Assembly: GCA_028686985.1 (NCBI GenBank) | Contig: JAQUBA010000003.1 | Span: 16,267 to 80,266 of the forward strand | Direction of reading: 5' to 3' | DNA: 64,000 nucleotides | Origin: Candidatus Iainarchaeum sp. | Lineage (GTDB): Archaea; Micrarchaeota; Micrarchaeia; Anstonellales; Bilamarchaeaceae | Shown here: one piece after another, positions 13,105-22,230 of the stretch | How positions within the stretch are numbered: the first letter of the stretch is position 1 | Layout of the letters: every line of letters begins with the position of its first letter | Made by a program: the position numbers and the translations under genes | Notes under the pieces: generated by a model | The model's database searches: none | Told to the model about the DNA's origin: nothing | The model's input: the letters and a program-made list of their open reading frames with translations, nothing else

Positions 13105-16100
13105 ATGCGTAATCAGATTTCTTTGGTATCAGTGGTATTCCTCTTAATAGCCGCATCCACGGTCAGCGCCCAGTGCGTAAATATCTCCAATCCCTCAACG
13201 TGGGGCACGAACATCGTCAATTCCTCCGGCGTCCTCTACGTGAATGAAAACACCACCCTCTGCGAAGCGACATATGAATTGAACACTGGGACGGGCGCGT
13301 CCATGCAGCTTAATGCATCTGGGATTTACCTGAACTGCAACGGCTCAACCCTTGACGGAGTGGATGGGTCAGGATACGGGGTATACGCGACAAACGTGGA
13401 TTACAACACCGTGGAGAACTGCACCTCGCAGAATTACTTACATGGGTTCTATTTCAAGACAAGCACACACGACAGGTTCGCGTTCAACACCATGATAAAC
13501 AACACCCAAAACGGCATATACGGGAACGGCATGGACTATGGGGAACTGATGAACAACACCGCGCACGGGAACATCCTGCGGGGCTTTTACCTGAAGACGA
13601 GCTCGAACAGCACCATGATGGACAACGTCGCGTACAACTCCTCGATGGGTTTCGTGCTCTCCACAAGCGCGGACGGAAACGTGCTGGCCGGGAACACGGT
13701 GCATGATACGCACGGGGTGGGCGTCGGGGGCTTCCTCGTCTATGCGAGCTATGACAACCTGCTTGAGAACAACACCGCATACGGGAACGACATAGGGTTC
13801 TACCTCCAATCCGCCAGCGACAACACGTTCAGGTTCAACGAGGCATACAACAACACCGGCACCGGCTTTTTCATTTACCAGGACTCTGGATACAACGTGC
13901 TGTTCAACAACACGGTCGAGGATAATACGGTGTATGGCTTCCACATCTATGCGGGCTCCAACTCCAATAACCTCACCAACAACACCGCGGCATACAACGG
14001 CAATACTGGCATGATCATAGAGTCGTCGTATAACAACACTCTCCTGAACAATACAGCATACAACAACACCGCCTATGGAATATACGGCGGCAGCGGAAAC
14101 GTCCTTGGCTTCAACGTGGGCTACAACGGCTCTTATGGCATCGCGCTCACCTCCACCACTAACAACACGCTCAAGAACAACTCCCTGTCCAACAACAGCC
14201 TCAACGGCGTGTTCCTGTACAACGCGACCTACTGCAACATCACCGGCAACAACGCATCCTACAACTATTACGATGGCTTCGCCCTTTACGCATACAGCGA
14301 CTTCAACAATTTTGAGTCCAACTCAGCCGAGCACAACGGCCACGATGACGACGATTATGCGTTCAACGGCTTCCTCCTTGAACACAGCAGCGGCAACGCA
14401 TTCACCGGTGATTCTGCGTACGACAACAGCGACCTGGGCTTCTTCCTCAACACTTCGGAGAACAACACCTTTAACGGCTCCACGGCATATTCCAACTACG
14501 TCGGGGGCATTTACGCGTTTGGGTCAGATTACAACATCTTCACCGGAGTAGCGGCAAACGGAAACCTGGACTATGGCTTCCTGCTTGAGAGCTCCTCAGG
14601 CAACAATATCAGCTCGGCGGAGGCGTACGCGAACCTGGGCTACGGCATAATCTTGGACGGTTCCGACAGCAACACGATTTCGGATTCCAACATAGTTTTA
14701 AGCCTGATATATGGCATGGAGATTTACAACAGTTCCAGCAACCTCGTAAACAACACGAACATTTCCCTCATGTATCTCGCGGGCTTCGTCCTGTCCGAAG
14801 GCAGCGAGGGCAACGAGATGGTCGGCCTGAACATATCGGACAATGCCGCGGGCATCGTGATAGTCGTTGAGGAGCAGAACAACATAACGAACAGCATTGT
14901 CGCGGAGAACGAATTGATGGACGTGCTGCCCGTAGCATGCTTCAGCGGGGCCCTGGACGGAGTGAACGGTTCGGGTGGTAGGCCGATAAACTATTCCAAC
15001 TCTTCCATTGAATGGAGCCACTTCGAGTCGTCCGAATTGATTCTCTGCAACGCCAACTATTCCAACCTCACCAACGTCACCGTGCGCGGCTCGGACGAAT
15101 TCAACAACAACGCCCTTTTCGTCATGGACAGCGGCAACGTCAGCATAACCGGCTCCAACTCCTCCGGCAACTACATGGGCTTCTATATTTACAACAGCCA
15201 TAATGCAATCCTGACCAACAATACGGCCATGAACACGAGTTTCGGGGGCATATCCCTTGAATCTTCCAACTACGCAACTGTGCGTGGCTCCTCCATAGGC
15301 AACAACTTTGCGGACGAGACCGTGATTTTCGAGCTGGGCGAGCGCAGGGTTGGCATATCCCTCTGGGATTCCCAGGACGTGGCCATGTATGACAATGCGA
15401 TAACCGATATCTGGAACTCCAGCGCATTCCTCCTTGAGGCGGATTCCAGCACCGAGGGATTCTACAACAACACCATAACAAACGCCACAAATGGCATAGA
15501 GGTGACAGACGCCACAATCATCTTCACCGGGGACAATTTCATATATGGTGCCCCGGCTGGTGGCAGCGACATATATGTGGAGGGCAGCGGCTACCTGGAC
15601 GCGATGGGCGGGGCCGTGTGCACCGACTTCCTCAACTATTCCATATACGCCCAGGACATCATGGCTAAATCGGTCAACCTCTCCGCCACCGCGCTGTCCA
15701 TAAACGATACCAATTTCAACATCACGGTTCCGGGCATGCTGGGCGCCAGAGTGCTGAGGACGCCCTGGATGTTCGGCGCCATCAACGTGACCTCGCTGGC
15801 CAGCGGCGCCGCAGCCAACATAGCCATTCCCTACAACGATTCGGACGTGGCTTCCTCCGGCTACCCGGCGGGAAACGTCGCAGTGGGCGCGTATTCCAGC
15901 AGCTGGACCAGTCTCGGCAGCACCAGCATAGACACCGCAAACAAGACGGTAAGGAAGGACGGAATCGCTTCGTTCAGCTATTTCGTGCCGATTGCGTACG
16001 AAGCCGCCCCCGCCAGCAGTTCCGGCAGCCATGGCAGGAAGGACATAAACATGGCCTATTCTTTCAACTGCTCCAGCGGCAGGCTTGAGGTGGTGGCTTC

Positions 16101-16758
16101 GTATTCCGGAGACCCCATAAGCGGCCTCGGCATGACCCTGTTCAGGGACGGCCGCGTCCAGTCATCCGGCACCACGGACTACCGTGGCAAGGCCCCCTTC
16201 ACGCTTGTGCAGGACGGAGCGTACAAGGTCGTTTCCGAAAGGACGAGCGACTATTTCAGCGGCGAGCTCGTGCTTGGCAGCCTGGAGTTGTGCCCGGCTG
16301 AAGGCGCCGCGGAAGAGCGGGAAACGCCGATGGAGCGGGCACTGTCCTCCCTGGGCGCAAACCAAACCCCTGCCGGGGAAGAGGAGCAGCCCACGCAATC
16401 CGAGCCGCAGGGCCCAACACGCGATGACGCCATCGCCGCGATAGCCGCAGCGCAGTCCACAATCTCCGCCGCATCCGATGCGGGCAAGGACGTGGGCGAT
16501 GCGCAGGCGAAATTGCAGGAAGCCAGTGATGCGCTTGCGCTGGGCGAGTATGCGGATGCGATAGAGTTCGCGAGGGAGGCCGAGATGCTCGCCGGCAGCG
16601 CGCAGGCGAGGGAGATAAGCGCTCCGGAAACGGGTCTCCAGCCTTCCAGCACCCAGCCCCAGGCATCCGGCCCAGACTGGGCATTCATCATCGGCGTATT
16701 GCTCGTGCTGCTGGCAATTGCGGTTGGAGCACATTACCTGTTTGCAAAGAAGAAATAG
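13105..16758 (+). CDS. Giant surface protein built from parallel beta-helix (PbH1/NosD-like) repeats, signal peptide, C-terminal TM anchor
   Basis: Start moved to MRNQISLVSVVFLLIAASTVSAQ (the track start at 12997 is TTG and overlaps the ATPase remnant). Dozens of repeats of about 22 aa of the type NNTAxxNxxxGIxLxxSxxNxL. Very dense N-x-S/T sequons. Ends in WAFIIGVLLVLLAIAVGAHYLFAKKK. Confidence 0.85.
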   Translation: MRNQISLVSVVFLLIAASTVSAQCVNISNPSTWGTNIVNSSGVLYVNENTTLCEATYELNTGTGASMQLNASGIYLNCNGSTLDGVDGSGYGVYATNVDYNTVENCTSQNYLHGFYFKTSTHDRFAFNTMINNTQNGIYGNGMDYGELMNNTAHGNILRGFYLKTSSNSTMMDNVAYNSSMGFVLSTSADGNVLAGNTVHDTHGVGVGGFLVYASYDNLLENNTAYGNDIGFYLQSASDNTFRFNEAYNNTGTGFFIYQDSGYNVLFNNTVEDNTVYGFHIYAGSNSNNLTNNTAAYNGNTGMIIESSYNNTLLNNTAYNNTAYGIYGGSGNVLGFNVGYNGSYGIALTSTTNNTLKNNSLSNNSLNGVFLYNATYCNITGNNASYNYYDGFALYAYSDFNNFESNSAEHNGHDDDDYAFNGFLLEHSSGNAFTGDSAYDNSDLGFFLNTSENNTFNGSTAYSNYVGGIYAFGSDYNIFTGVAANGNLDYGFLLESSSGNNISSAEAYANLGYGIILDGSDSNTISDSNIVLSLIYGMEIYNSSSNLVNNTNISLMYLAGFVLSEGSEGNEMVGLNISDNAAGIVIVVEEQNNITNSIVAENELMDVLPVACFSGALDGVNGSGGRPINYSNSSIEWSHFESSELILCNANYSNLTNVTVRGSDEFNNNALFVMDSGNVSITGSNSSGNYMGFYIYNSHNAILTNNTAMNTSFGGISLESSNYATVRGSSIGNNFADETVIFELGERRVGISLWDSQDVAMYDNAITDIWNSSAFLLEADSSTEGFYNNTITNATNGIEVTDATIIFTGDNFIYGAPAGGSDIYVEGSGYLDAMGGAVCTDFLNYSIYAQDIMAKSVNLSATALSINDTNFNITVPGMLGARVLRTPWMFGAINVTSLASGAAANIAIPYNDSDVASSGYPAGNVAVGAYSSSWTSLGSTSIDTANKTVRKDGIASFSYFVPIAYEAAPASSSGSHGRKDINMAYSFNCSSGRLEVVASYSGDPISGLGMTLFRDGRVQSSGTTDYRGKAPFTLVQDGAYKVVSERTSDYFSGELVLGSLELCPAEGAAEERETPMERALSSLGANQTPAGEEEQPTQSEPQGPTRDDAIAAIAAAQSTISAASDAGKDVGDAQAKLQEASDALALGEYADAIEFAREAEMLAGSAQAREISAPETGLQPSSTQPQASGPDWAFIIGVLLVLLAIAVGAHYLFAKKK

Positions 16759-16851
16759 TGTTTTCAGGGCACGAGGGTGCGCAAATCCGGCACCCCGAAG
16801 AAAACCCTGACAAATCCGTTCTTGCGGGTGCGGTTATGCGGGGGGACCGAC

Positions 16852-17895
16852 TCAAAACTCCTTAAGCATCCCCTTGAGCAGCATTGTTTCCGCCCACACA
16901 TCGTCTTCGTGCGCTACGCTGACAGTGGAGTGTATGTACCTCGTCGGGATGCATACTGCTATTGAAGGGATGCCGCTCTTCACGTTGTGCACCGATGCCG
17001 CGTCCGTCGCCCCGCCGTCAAACACCTCCAGCTGGAACTTGATTTTGTTCCTCTTCGCAATCCTGATGGTTTTCCCCGCCAAGCCCCTGTCCGCGACATT
17101 GCCGCGGCCGCCAGCCTCCAGGAGCGCAATCGCAGGCCCCTTTCCGAGATATATGGGTGCTTCCTCAGGCTTCACTTCCGGGTGGTCGCCAGCCACGGTA
17201 GTATCCACCGCAACGAACGCCCTCGGGTCCAGCCTGAAGCTTGCTGTCTTCGCCCCCTTCCCAAAAGTGGAAACCTCTTCCTGGGATGTCCCCATCAGCA
17301 CCACGTTCGCGGGAAGCCCCTCAGCCAGCTTCGCCAGCACATAGCACCCGAGCCGGTTGTCCAGCGCCTTCCCGGAGAACATCTTTTTCCCCATCCTGCG
17401 GAACTGCGTGTTGAACGTCACCGTATTCCCTATCTCCACGCCCAGCTCCTCCGCCTCCTTCCTGTCCGTGGCGCCCACGTCTATGAAAAGCCCCTTCGCC
17501 TCCACCGCCGCCTTCCGCTCCTCCTCCTTCATTATGTGGGGCGGCTTGCTCCCGATGACCCCGGCGACCATCCCGTTCCCGGTAGAGATGGTCACCTGCT
17601 GGTTGATGAGCGTCCTGTCGTCTATCCCGCCTATCTTGATGAACCGTATGAACCCCTTTTCGTCTATATGCTTCACCATCAGCCCTATCTCGTCCATGTG
17701 CGCCCCTAGCATGAGCGGGTTCTTGCCTATTGATTTGTACGCAAGCACGTTCCCGAAATTGTCTATTTCGGTTTTCAGCCCCTTTTTCCTGAACTCCGCG
17801 GCGAGGAGCTTCGCCACTGCCCCTTCCTGCGAGCTTACCCCGTCCGCCTCCGAAAGCTTCTTCATGAGTTCGTAGTCCATGGGAACACCGCGCAC
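16852..17895 (-). CDS. M42 family metallopeptidase (TET/FrvX-type aminopeptidase)
   Basis: LMLGAHMDEIGLMVKHIDEKGFIRFIKIGG, QEEVSTFGKGAKTA and PTRYIHS are typical M42 motifs. The real start may be MDYELMKKL at 17880. Confidence 0.85.
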   Translation of the reverse strand: MRGVPMDYELMKKLSEADGVSSQEGAVAKLLAAEFRKKGLKTEIDNFGNVLAYKSIGKNPLMLGAHMDEIGLMVKHIDEKGFIRFIKIGGIDDRTLINQQVTISTGNGMVAGVIGSKPPHIMKEEERKAAVEAKGLFIDVGATDRKEAEELGVEIGNTVTFNTQFRRMGKKMFSGKALDNRLGCYVLAKLAEGLPANVVLMGTSQEEVSTFGKGAKTASFRLDPRAFVAVDTTVAGDHPEVKPEEAPIYLGKGPAIALLEAGGRGNVADRGLAGKTIRIAKRNKIKFQLEVFDGGATDAASVHNVKSGIPSIAVCIPTRYIHSTVSVAHEDDVWAETMLLKGMLKEF

Positions 17896-17950
17896 CTATC
17901 TCTAATCAGCTTAATAAGTTTTTCATGGCCGGCAGGAAAAAGAGAAGGAG

Positions 17951-17969
17951 GCCCCGCGCTGGGCGGGGC
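17951..17969 (-). terminator. GC-rich hairpin (GCCCCGC-GCTGG-GCGGGGC) followed on the minus strand by TCTCTTTTTCC, downstream of the SPFH gene
   Basis: Perfect 7-bp stem seen directly. The T-rich run lies immediately 3' on the transcribed strand. Confidence 0.5.
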
Positions 17970-17979
17970 ACGCAAAAAC

Positions 17980-18894
17980 CTATTCCCCGGAGCCCCTCTT
18001 CCCCTTCTGTTTCAGGGGCACTATGTTCGCCCCAGCCATCTCCGACATCACGTTCACGAGGTTGCTCCTGGAATCAATTACATACTTGGTCCCGTTCTCA
18101 AAGGAATCCCGGAAAGTCTCCAGCGCCTTGTATGTCTGCGCCTCGTTCTTGAAGTATTTCTGTATCGCCTCGTTCACAATCCGCACGCGGTTCGCTTCGG
18201 CATCCGCCAGCCTTTCAATCGCCTGCCCATGCCCGTCCGCCTCAAGGATTTCGCTCTGCTTCTTCCCTTCCGCCACTTTGATGAACGCTCTCTTCTCCCC
18301 GTCCGCCCTCGTTTCCGCGGCGGTTGCCAGGTCCTGGGCGGCAATCTTTTCCTGCTCCGCCTTCACGACCTTGTTCATGGAGTCCTGCACGTCCTGCGGC
18401 GGCTCTATCCTCTGCAGCTCCACCCTCAGCACGTCCACTCCGTAATTAGCTGTTTCCTTGTCCAGTATCTCCTCTATTTTAGTGTTGATTATTGACCTGT
18501 TCTCGTTCGCCTCTGTGAGCGACATCTGCCCGATGACCGCCCTCAGTGTGGTCTGCGCCAGCGTTGTGAGCTGGCTCCTTACGTCATTCACCTGGTAGAG
18601 CGAGTTCTCCACGTGCTTTATCCTGTAATAGATGACAGCATCCACAATCGCGTTCAATTTGTCCTTCGTGATGACGTTCTGCGAGCCAACGTCTATCATC
18701 CTCTCCGTGATGTTGACCTTTATCATCCTGTCCACGAATGGAATGATGAAGCTTATGCCCGCCTCGGAGGTGTGGCTGTATTTCCCAAACCTTTCAACTA
18801 CGCCCTTTTCCACCGGCCGCACTATCCGTATGCTCATTGCAATGATGATTAGCGCAAAAATCCCGGCCACAATCCACAGCAAATCAAATGCCAT
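17980..18894 (-). CDS. SPFH/band 7 (stomatin/prohibitin-like) membrane protein
   Basis: N-terminal TM, then IVRPVEKGVVERFGKYSHTSEAGISFIIPFVDRMIKV and a coiled-coil tail, the typical SPFH architecture. Confidence 0.85.
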   Translation of the reverse strand: MAFDLLWIVAGIFALIIIAMSIRIVRPVEKGVVERFGKYSHTSEAGISFIIPFVDRMIKVNITERMIDVGSQNVITKDKLNAIVDAVIYYRIKHVENSLYQVNDVRSQLTTLAQTTLRAVIGQMSLTEANENRSIINTKIEEILDKETANYGVDVLRVELQRIEPPQDVQDSMNKVVKAEQEKIAAQDLATAAETRADGEKRAFIKVAEGKKQSEILEADGHGQAIERLADAEANRVRIVNEAIQKYFKNEAQTYKALETFRDSFENGTKYVIDSRSNLVNVMSEMAGANIVPLKQKGKRGSGE

Positions 18895-18942
18895 ATTTCA
18901 TCCCTATCGGATATGTGCGGTCCTGCTTAAATACATTCCACT

Positions 18943-20127
18943 TCAGCACTTCGGGCAGTCCAGCAATTCCAGGTTCTCGTACGGGAACGGGCTTTCCGCA
19001 GTATCGGTCCCGTAGATGTTTCCCTCCCCGTCAATCCAGTAATAGTCTGAGCCGCTGTCCACTATGTAATGCTCGCCCGTGTCCCTGTCGTATACGTCTT
19101 CAATCCCGAGCACATAGTTGTCCCAGTCGTGGTTGAGCTCGTCCATCGTCCTGCTCCGCATCTCAAACGTTGAGGAGATGATTTCCGATATGTCGCTCTG
19201 GCTCTGCGAGAGTATCGCGGAGCGCCTCATCATCTCCTGCTGCTCGCGCGCGGCCCATGCATCATCCACCTTGAACGAGCGCTGCATGTCCAGCACCAGC
19301 AGCTCGGTGTCGTCCTTGAGCGCTACGGGCGAGTAGTATTCCATGATTGCAACCGACCATATGCCCGTCCCGGAAATCTCCACCAGCGTTGTGCGCACAA
19401 GCAGCACGCCCTTCATCGCAACCCCCGCATACGCGTAATCAAAGTCCATCTCGGCCGCGGACTGCCTCGTGACCAGCGCGTTAGCGGGCGGCAGCAAATC
19501 CGGCCTGTCCGCCACCCTCACGTTCGTGGCATCAATTCCGCCCGCATCAAGCAGCTCCCGCGCATATTCGTCCGCAGGCACGTACGCCCTCACCATCATG
19601 GGGTTTGCATATCCCCCGGAAGGGTCGTAGAGCGAGCCCTCGGTGAACCCGGCATACGCCAGCAAATCGTTGGGCGTCACATACACGTATCCATACGGGT
19701 CCTGGAAGAAGAAGCCCTGCCCCTGCTGGGACTTTGCCTCAAATGCCACCCCCGCGTCTATGTACGGCCGTATTATGCCCGAGCCCTGCGTCACCCTCCA
19801 GTTCTCAGGGACGTCCATGGTGAACGCGCCCTCGGCAGGGTCGGTGAATGTGTAGAATGAGCGCGAATTCACCTGCGAATATGCGGGCTGTGCGCCTGAT
19901 GCCTGCTGCGTGCCCGTTGCGGCTGGGACTGCAATGCCCGCATTCCCCGTGCCGCCCTGCTGCGCCGCGCCCCCCGCCTGCGAATCCGCCGCGCCTGCGC
20001 CGGTTCCCGCGCCCTGCTGCGCGCCGGCCGCCGGCTGGATGCCGCTTCCCTGATGCTGGCCAGGGTAAGTGCATCCCGCAACCAAAAGAAGCAAAACCAA
20101 TATGGGAGATGCATACGCAGTTTTCAT
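18943..20127 (-). CDS. Secreted lipobox protein with a Gly/Ala/Gln-rich linker, function unknown
   Basis: MKTAYASPILVLLLLVAGC signal/lipobox, a low-complexity linker of about 60 aa, then a globular domain ending in LLDCPKC. Confidence 0.65.
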   Translation of the reverse strand: MKTAYASPILVLLLLVAGCTYPGQHQGSGIQPAAGAQQGAGTGAGAADSQAGGAAQQGGTGNAGIAVPAATGTQQASGAQPAYSQVNSRSFYTFTDPAEGAFTMDVPENWRVTQGSGIIRPYIDAGVAFEAKSQQGQGFFFQDPYGYVYVTPNDLLAYAGFTEGSLYDPSGGYANPMMVRAYVPADEYARELLDAGGIDATNVRVADRPDLLPPANALVTRQSAAEMDFDYAYAGVAMKGVLLVRTTLVEISGTGIWSVAIMEYYSPVALKDDTELLVLDMQRSFKVDDAWAAREQQEMMRRSAILSQSQSDISEIISSTFEMRSRTMDELNHDWDNYVLGIEDVYDRDTGEHYIVDSGSDYYWIDGEGNIYGTDTAESPFPYENLELLDCPKC

Positions 20128-20202
20128 GTCCCACCCTTCCAGCCATGCATATTTATACTTTATTATTTCAATAGTGTTTCAATATCACAAGGGGCGTTTG
20201 AG

Positions 20203-20361
20203 ATGGGAAAAAGCAAGAAGGACCTGGGAAAGCAGTTGCAGAACATAAAGAAGCGCATACAGGAGCTTGAGGCGAAGGCGAAGTACGACCCGCTGAGGAA
20301 GAACCCCGCGCTCCACGACGAACTGGCCAAATTGAAGAAGAAGGTAGAGGAAGCTGGCTAG
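20203..20361 (+). CDS. Small (52 aa) helical Lys/Glu-rich protein
   Basis: Internal ATG of track ORF 20053..20361: MGKSKKDLGKQLQNIKKRIQELEAKAKYDPLRKNPALHDELAKLKKKVEEAG. An AT-rich TATA-like region lies upstream. Confidence 0.45.
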   Translation: MGKSKKDLGKQLQNIKKRIQELEAKAKYDPLRKNPALHDELAKLKKKVEEAG

Positions 20362-20408
20362 CTGGCACGCCCACAATTATTTATAAAGTTTTCAGGGGAT
20401 ACAAGCGC

Positions 20409-20603
20409 ATGGACATGAAAGCATTGCTCGCAATTCTTCTGGTTTCGCTCGCGCTTTTCGCGGGCGCGGCGTGGGCGTATGACGATTACGGCTACGAAGA
20501 CGACTACTATTACGATTCCGGGTACTCTTCCTGCTGCTGCGGGCCCGTCTTCGCGCTTGTTGGCGGTGCAGCCGCCTTCACTTACGCATACCAGAAGAAG
20601 TGA
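20409..20603 (+). CDS. Tiny secreted Tyr/Asp-rich peptide with a CCC motif and a C-terminal hydrophobic helix + KK (sorting-signal-like)
   Basis: Signal peptide MDMKALLAILLVSLALFAGAAWA, core YDDYGYEDDYYYDSGYSSCCCG, tail PVFALVGGAAAFTYAYQKK. ATTTATAAAG lies about 30 nt upstream. Confidence 0.5.
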   Translation: MDMKALLAILLVSLALFAGAAWAYDDYGYEDDYYYDSGYSSCCCGPVFALVGGAAAFTYAYQKK

Positions 20604-20668
20604 GCGGGGCGTACGTCCAGCGGTGTCTTTTCCTTAATTGTTAATTTTTTGCAGCGCCGCATCCCCGG

Positions 20669-21235
20669 CTAGCCGATGATGCCCAGCCGCGCCCCCGCCT
20701 TCCAGAGGGCAAAAGCCAGCAGCCCTCCGGCAACCGCCGTAATCAGCTGCACCACCCCCATCGCCTCAAGGAAGAGCGCAGGAACGAGCGAGAACTGCAG
20801 CATCGCATAGGCGGCAGAAAAGAGGAAGCCCGCCTTCACGAGCGAACCCGCCCCCAGCGAGATTAGGTAATCCGTCTTCCTCCCCGCGAACAGGAATTTC
20901 ATCGCGAATATGAGCGCCATGTTCCCGGCCCAGATGAACGGCACCATATACACCAGCGCAAACGTGAATGGCCCGAACAGCACGCCCCTCGCGATTGCCC
21001 CGATGCTCGGCAGCAGCGCAAGCGGAACCACTTTCTTGGAGTCCATGTTCAGCGCCGCAAGCACGAGGAACGCATTGACCGCTATCCCCACAAGGAGCTG
21101 GGGGTGCCCCAGAAGGAACGGGACCATGAAAGAAAGGAAGCACAGGGCAAGGAACCCGGCGTGCTCAAATCTCTCCCCGAGCCGGAATATCCTCGCGTCC
21201 AGCACCTCCGCCGCCCCGTCTGCAAAAGCCACCAT
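20669..21235 (-). CDS. Polytopic integral membrane protein (5-6 TM), possible small-molecule transporter component
   Basis: 188 aa, almost entirely hydrophobic helices. No diagnostic motif recognised. Confidence 0.6.
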   Translation of the reverse strand: MVAFADGAAEVLDARIFRLGERFEHAGFLALCFLSFMVPFLLGHPQLLVGIAVNAFLVLAALNMDSKKVVPLALLPSIGAIARGVLFGPFTFALVYMVPFIWAGNMALIFAMKFLFAGRKTDYLISLGAGSLVKAGFLFSAAYAMLQFSLVPALFLEAMGVVQLITAVAGGLLAFALWKAGARLGIIG

Positions 21236-21316
21236 GCACCCATCCTCCGCCTACCTTCATAACATCAGTACGCATTTAATATGTTTCCATGCCAAGAAGG
21301 TATCAGGGTAATTTAA

Positions 21317-21511
21317 ATGGCAGAAGGACAGGTGAAATTTTATAACATAAGCAAGAGGTTCGGCTTCATAGCCGGGGACGACGGTAAGGACTACTTCGTC
21401 CACCAGACCGGGATAGTGCCGGGCACACAGCTCAACGAGGGGGACCGCGTCTCTTTCGACATAGTGCAGGGTGACAAGGGACTGAAGGCTGAAAACGTAA
21501 AGAAGCTCTGA
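21317..21511 (+). CDS. csp: Cold-shock domain protein
   Basis: MAEGQVKFYNISKRFGFIAGDDGKDYFVHQTGI contains RNP1-like KRFGFI and RNP2-like DYFVH. 64 aa. Confidence 0.9.
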   Translation: MAEGQVKFYNISKRFGFIAGDDGKDYFVHQTGIVPGTQLNEGDRVSFDIVQGDKGLKAENVKKL

Positions 21512-21556
21512 CCATAACCTTCCTTATCTTTCTTTCCAATTCTTTTCCTTTACTCT

Positions 21557-22078
21557 TTACTTATTACCCATCAGATTCGCCGCTTCCTCGGTCCTCTCCA
21601 GCAGGAAAGGCATGCAATCCCTCATTCTCCCCCTGCCCCTGTTCCACTCCGTGACTATCTCCCTGTAAATCTCAATCTCCTTCGCATACTCCTTCCTTAT
21701 CTCCGTCCCCAGCACTCCGTGCATAAGTTTTGGGATGCCGGGGCACAGCCGCCCCATCATCTTCCCAGAAGCGTTCTTCGGGTATGCCTTGCACACTGAG
21801 GGTGCAATCCCGTGTATTTCGCACCTTCCGTTCACAAGGAAATAGCACGGGTTGGATCTGAATGCGAGCAGGTAGTCCTCCGCCAGCCCGGAATCGTGGA
21901 ACTCAAGCACCATGTCGTTGTCAAAATTCAGTGTGCTGCAGGGCGCGAATTGCGCGAAATCCGGGACCCCGTACCCGTCCCCATGCAACCTCAGCACGTC
22001 AAAGGATGTGACCGTGATGAGGTGGTTCCTGCAGCATTCCGCCTTGCAGAGCATGCACGGGCTAAGCATGGGGAACAT
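21557..22078 (-). CDS. YkgJ/UPF0153-type cysteine-cluster (putative Zn/Fe-S) protein, paralog 1
   Basis: CMLCKAECC near the N-terminus and PCYFLVNGRCEIHGIAPSVCKAYP downstream, i.e. the CxxCxxCC ... CxxxxxxRPxxCrxYP pattern. Confidence 0.65.
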   Translation of the reverse strand: MFPMLSPCMLCKAECCRNHLITVTSFDVLRLHGDGYGVPDFAQFAPCSTLNFDNDMVLEFHDSGLAEDYLLAFRSNPCYFLVNGRCEIHGIAPSVCKAYPKNASGKMMGRLCPGIPKLMHGVLGTEIRKEYAKEIEIYREIVTEWNRGRGRMRDCMPFLLERTEEAANLMGNK

Positions 22079-22230
22079 TCTCCGCTACATTTTTTATTCA
22101 TTTCTCCGTCGTTATTTTTGCGCCGGCGACGCCACGGTTTTTTTGCACTCCCGTAAAATTGCGATTTTCCACGTCGGAGCGGGAATATGTATTTAAGCAT
22201 ATGCCCCCCGTAATAAAATCACGATGCAAA

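Noticed and set aside
22079-22230. Hairpin (CGTCG...CGACG) followed by a T7 tract at 22107-22144 as a plus-strand terminator
   Set aside because: No plus-strand gene ends immediately upstream, since the preceding gene is on the minus strand.
The stem is only 5 bp with a 15-nt loop. It is more likely part of the divergent promoter region.
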